Source of the DNA: Bacteroidia bacterium
GTDB taxonomy: Bacteria; Bacteroidota; Bacteroidia; NS11-12g; UBA955
Direction of reading: 5' to 3'
Assembly: GCA_044371405.1 (NCBI GenBank)
Contig: JBILTS010000003.1
Span: 1 to 41,579 of the forward strand
Length of the DNA: 41,579 nt
In this document: positions 40,161-41,579 of the stretch, piece after piece
Layout: the number at the start of each line of letters is the position of its first letter
How positions within the stretch are numbered: the stretch's first letter is position 1
Notes under the pieces: generated by a model
Told to the model about the DNA's origin: nothing
Seen by the model: only the letters and a program-made list of their open reading frames with translations
Database searches by the model: none
Position numbers and translations under genes: made by a program

Positions 40161-40886
40161 GTGACAGATCGAATCGTCATAATACCCACATACAACGAAA
40201 TCGAGAACATCGTAGCCATGGTGCACAAGGTGATGGGGTTAGAACCCGCTTTTCACCTGTTGGTGGTAGATGACAACTCACCCGATGGCACTGCCGGTCA
40301 GGTAGAATTACTGCAAAAAGAATATGCAGACCGACTGCACCTTTTGAAACGCAAGGGTAAAGCGGGACTAGGAACAGCGTATATCGCAGGATTCAAATGG
40401 TGTCTGGAGCGCAATTACCAATACATCTGTGAAATGGACTGTGATTTCAGTCACAATCCCGATGATTTAAATCGCCTGGTAACTGCGTGTGTGGAAGGTG
40501 CAGATATGGCTGTTGGAAGCCGTTATGCCGGGGGTGTTGTGAATGTGGTAAACTGGCCAATGGGTAGGGTTTTGATGAGCTACTATGCCAGCAAGTATGT
40601 GCGTATTGTTACCGGCTTGCGGGTTGCCGACTCCACGGCGGGATTTGTTTGTTATTCAAGAAAAGTGCTGGAGCAAATCGGACTGGATCGAATCAAGTTC
40701 AAAGGTTACGCTTTCCAGATTGAAATGAAATTCAGAACCTGGAAAAAGGGTTTTAAGATTCAAGAGGTACCCATTATTTTCACCGACCGAACTTTGGGGA
40801 CCAGTAAAATGAGTACTAAAATTTTCAGAGAAGCCCTGTTTGGCGTAATGGAACTGCGCATCAAAAGCATGTTTGGCCAATTGTAA
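40161..40886 (+). CDS. Polyprenol monophosphomannose synthase (DPM1-like GT2)
   Basis: VIIPTYNE, VVDDNSPDGT, GLGTAY, EMDCDFSH, GSRY, GYAFQIE. Confidence 0.94.
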   Translation: MTDRIVIIPTYNEIENIVAMVHKVMGLEPAFHLLVVDDNSPDGTAGQVELLQKEYADRLHLLKRKGKAGLGTAYIAGFKWCLERNYQYICEMDCDFSHNPDDLNRLVTACVEGADMAVGSRYAGGVVNVVNWPMGRVLMSYYASKYVRIVTGLRVADSTAGFVCYSRKVLEQIGLDRIKFKGYAFQIEMKFRTWKKGFKIQEVPIIFTDRTLGTSKMSTKIFREALFGVMELRIKSMFGQL

Positions 40887-40950
40887 CGGCAAACTGTCAT
40901 CTCAGCACCTAAATTTAACGTAGCCGTAGCCTAAAAAGGCATTTAATCAT

Positions 40951-40958
40951 TAACTTTG
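40951..40958 (+). promoter_or_regulatory. -7 promoter box (TAACTTTG) for corA
   Basis: Exact TAnnTTTG match, 44 nt before the ATG. Confidence 0.65.
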
Positions 40959-41002
40959 CAACCACATTCGCTGAATGGACGGAGACAGTAGTCGATATTA
41001 CC

Positions 41003-41579
41003 ATGCTGAGGGTTTATTACAGAAGGCAGAACCGCGTACACAAGGTGCAGGCACTTTCCCAACTGGAAAGCCAGAAAGAAATTATCTGGATTGATCTTCA
41101 AAACCCCACTCCCGCTGAAATCAGCGATGTAGAAGCCCATTTCGAATTTAAATTTCAGAGCCGCCAGCAGCAGCTGGAAATTGAGAGTTCCTCACGCTAT
41201 TTCGAGACCGATGACGAAATCATAGCCAACAGTAATTTCTTGAAGTTTAATCACAGCGGGGAAGATTTTATATCCCATGCGGTTTCATTCATTCTTCAGG
41301 ATGATGTACTCTTTACCTATCGTGATGCGGATTTGGGCACTTTTTCTGATTGTGTCAAAAAAATAAAGGTTTCAGGCAGGTTGTTTCATAGTGGTAAACA
41401 AATTATGACATCGCTCTTGGAAACGGATGTAGATAATGATGCTGATTTGCTGGAAAACCTGGGCAGACAGGTGGGCAAACTCAGCCGTGAACTAACCTTC
41501 GACAAAGGGCCCGATGAAGATGTGCTGTTAACCATTTCGAGGTTACAGGAATTAACCATGGTGATACGCCAGAACGTTA
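41003..41579 (+). CDS. corA: CorA family Mg2+/Co2+ transporter (partial, runs off window end)
   Basis: Not in ORF track. Manual translation MLRVYY...IIWIDLQNPTPAE...LEIESSSRYFE...VSFILQDDVLFTYR...DADLLE. The GMN motif would lie beyond the window. Confidence 0.88.
   Translation, partial: MLRVYYRRQNRVHKVQALSQLESQKEIIWIDLQNPTPAEISDVEAHFEFKFQSRQQQLEIESSSRYFETDDEIIANSNFLKFNHSGEDFISHAVSFILQDDVLFTYRDADLGTFSDCVKKIKVSGRLFHSGKQIMTSLLETDVDNDADLLENLGRQVGKLSRELTFDKGPDEDVLLTISRLQELTMVIRQNV

Noticed and set aside
40959-41094. M-box riboswitch, or uORF from ATG 40975, before corA
   Set aside because: The leader is about 40 nt, too short for an M-box. The out-of-frame ORF runs 39 codons, mostly inside corA, with no MgtL-like Pro enrichment.

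Overview
Bacteroidota chromosomal window, mostly housekeeping genes. The phylum call rests on TAnnTTTG -7 promoter boxes, porQ next to cmk, an S46 peptidase and rpsL-rpsG-fusA-rpsJ with no tuf. About 17 kb (3427-20468, minus strand) is the contiguous str-S10-spc-alpha ribosomal cluster, including an rpmJ missed by the ORF track. To its left are a partial TerC/Alx gene, a DPP11-like S46 peptidase, a rhodanese and a thioredoxin. To its right are an LTA-synthase-family protein, a DUF1573 protein, yebC, a full-length but frameshifted IS3-family element, a TonB-dependent receptor with an upstream membrane-anchored ORF, a thiolase, truA, a ~1500-aa secreted protein of unknown function, tpiA, cmk, porQ, ribF, an M23 peptidase, a GmhB-like phosphatase, a DPM1-like glycosyltransferase and a partial corA. 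The best candidate for an undescribed system is the ORF upstream of the TonB receptor. It has an N-terminal membrane anchor and a C-terminal FSPPPE motif, and its last codons are complementary to the receptor leader and initiation region, which suggests ribosome-arrest control. All calls come from motif recognition by eye; no searches or folding were run.
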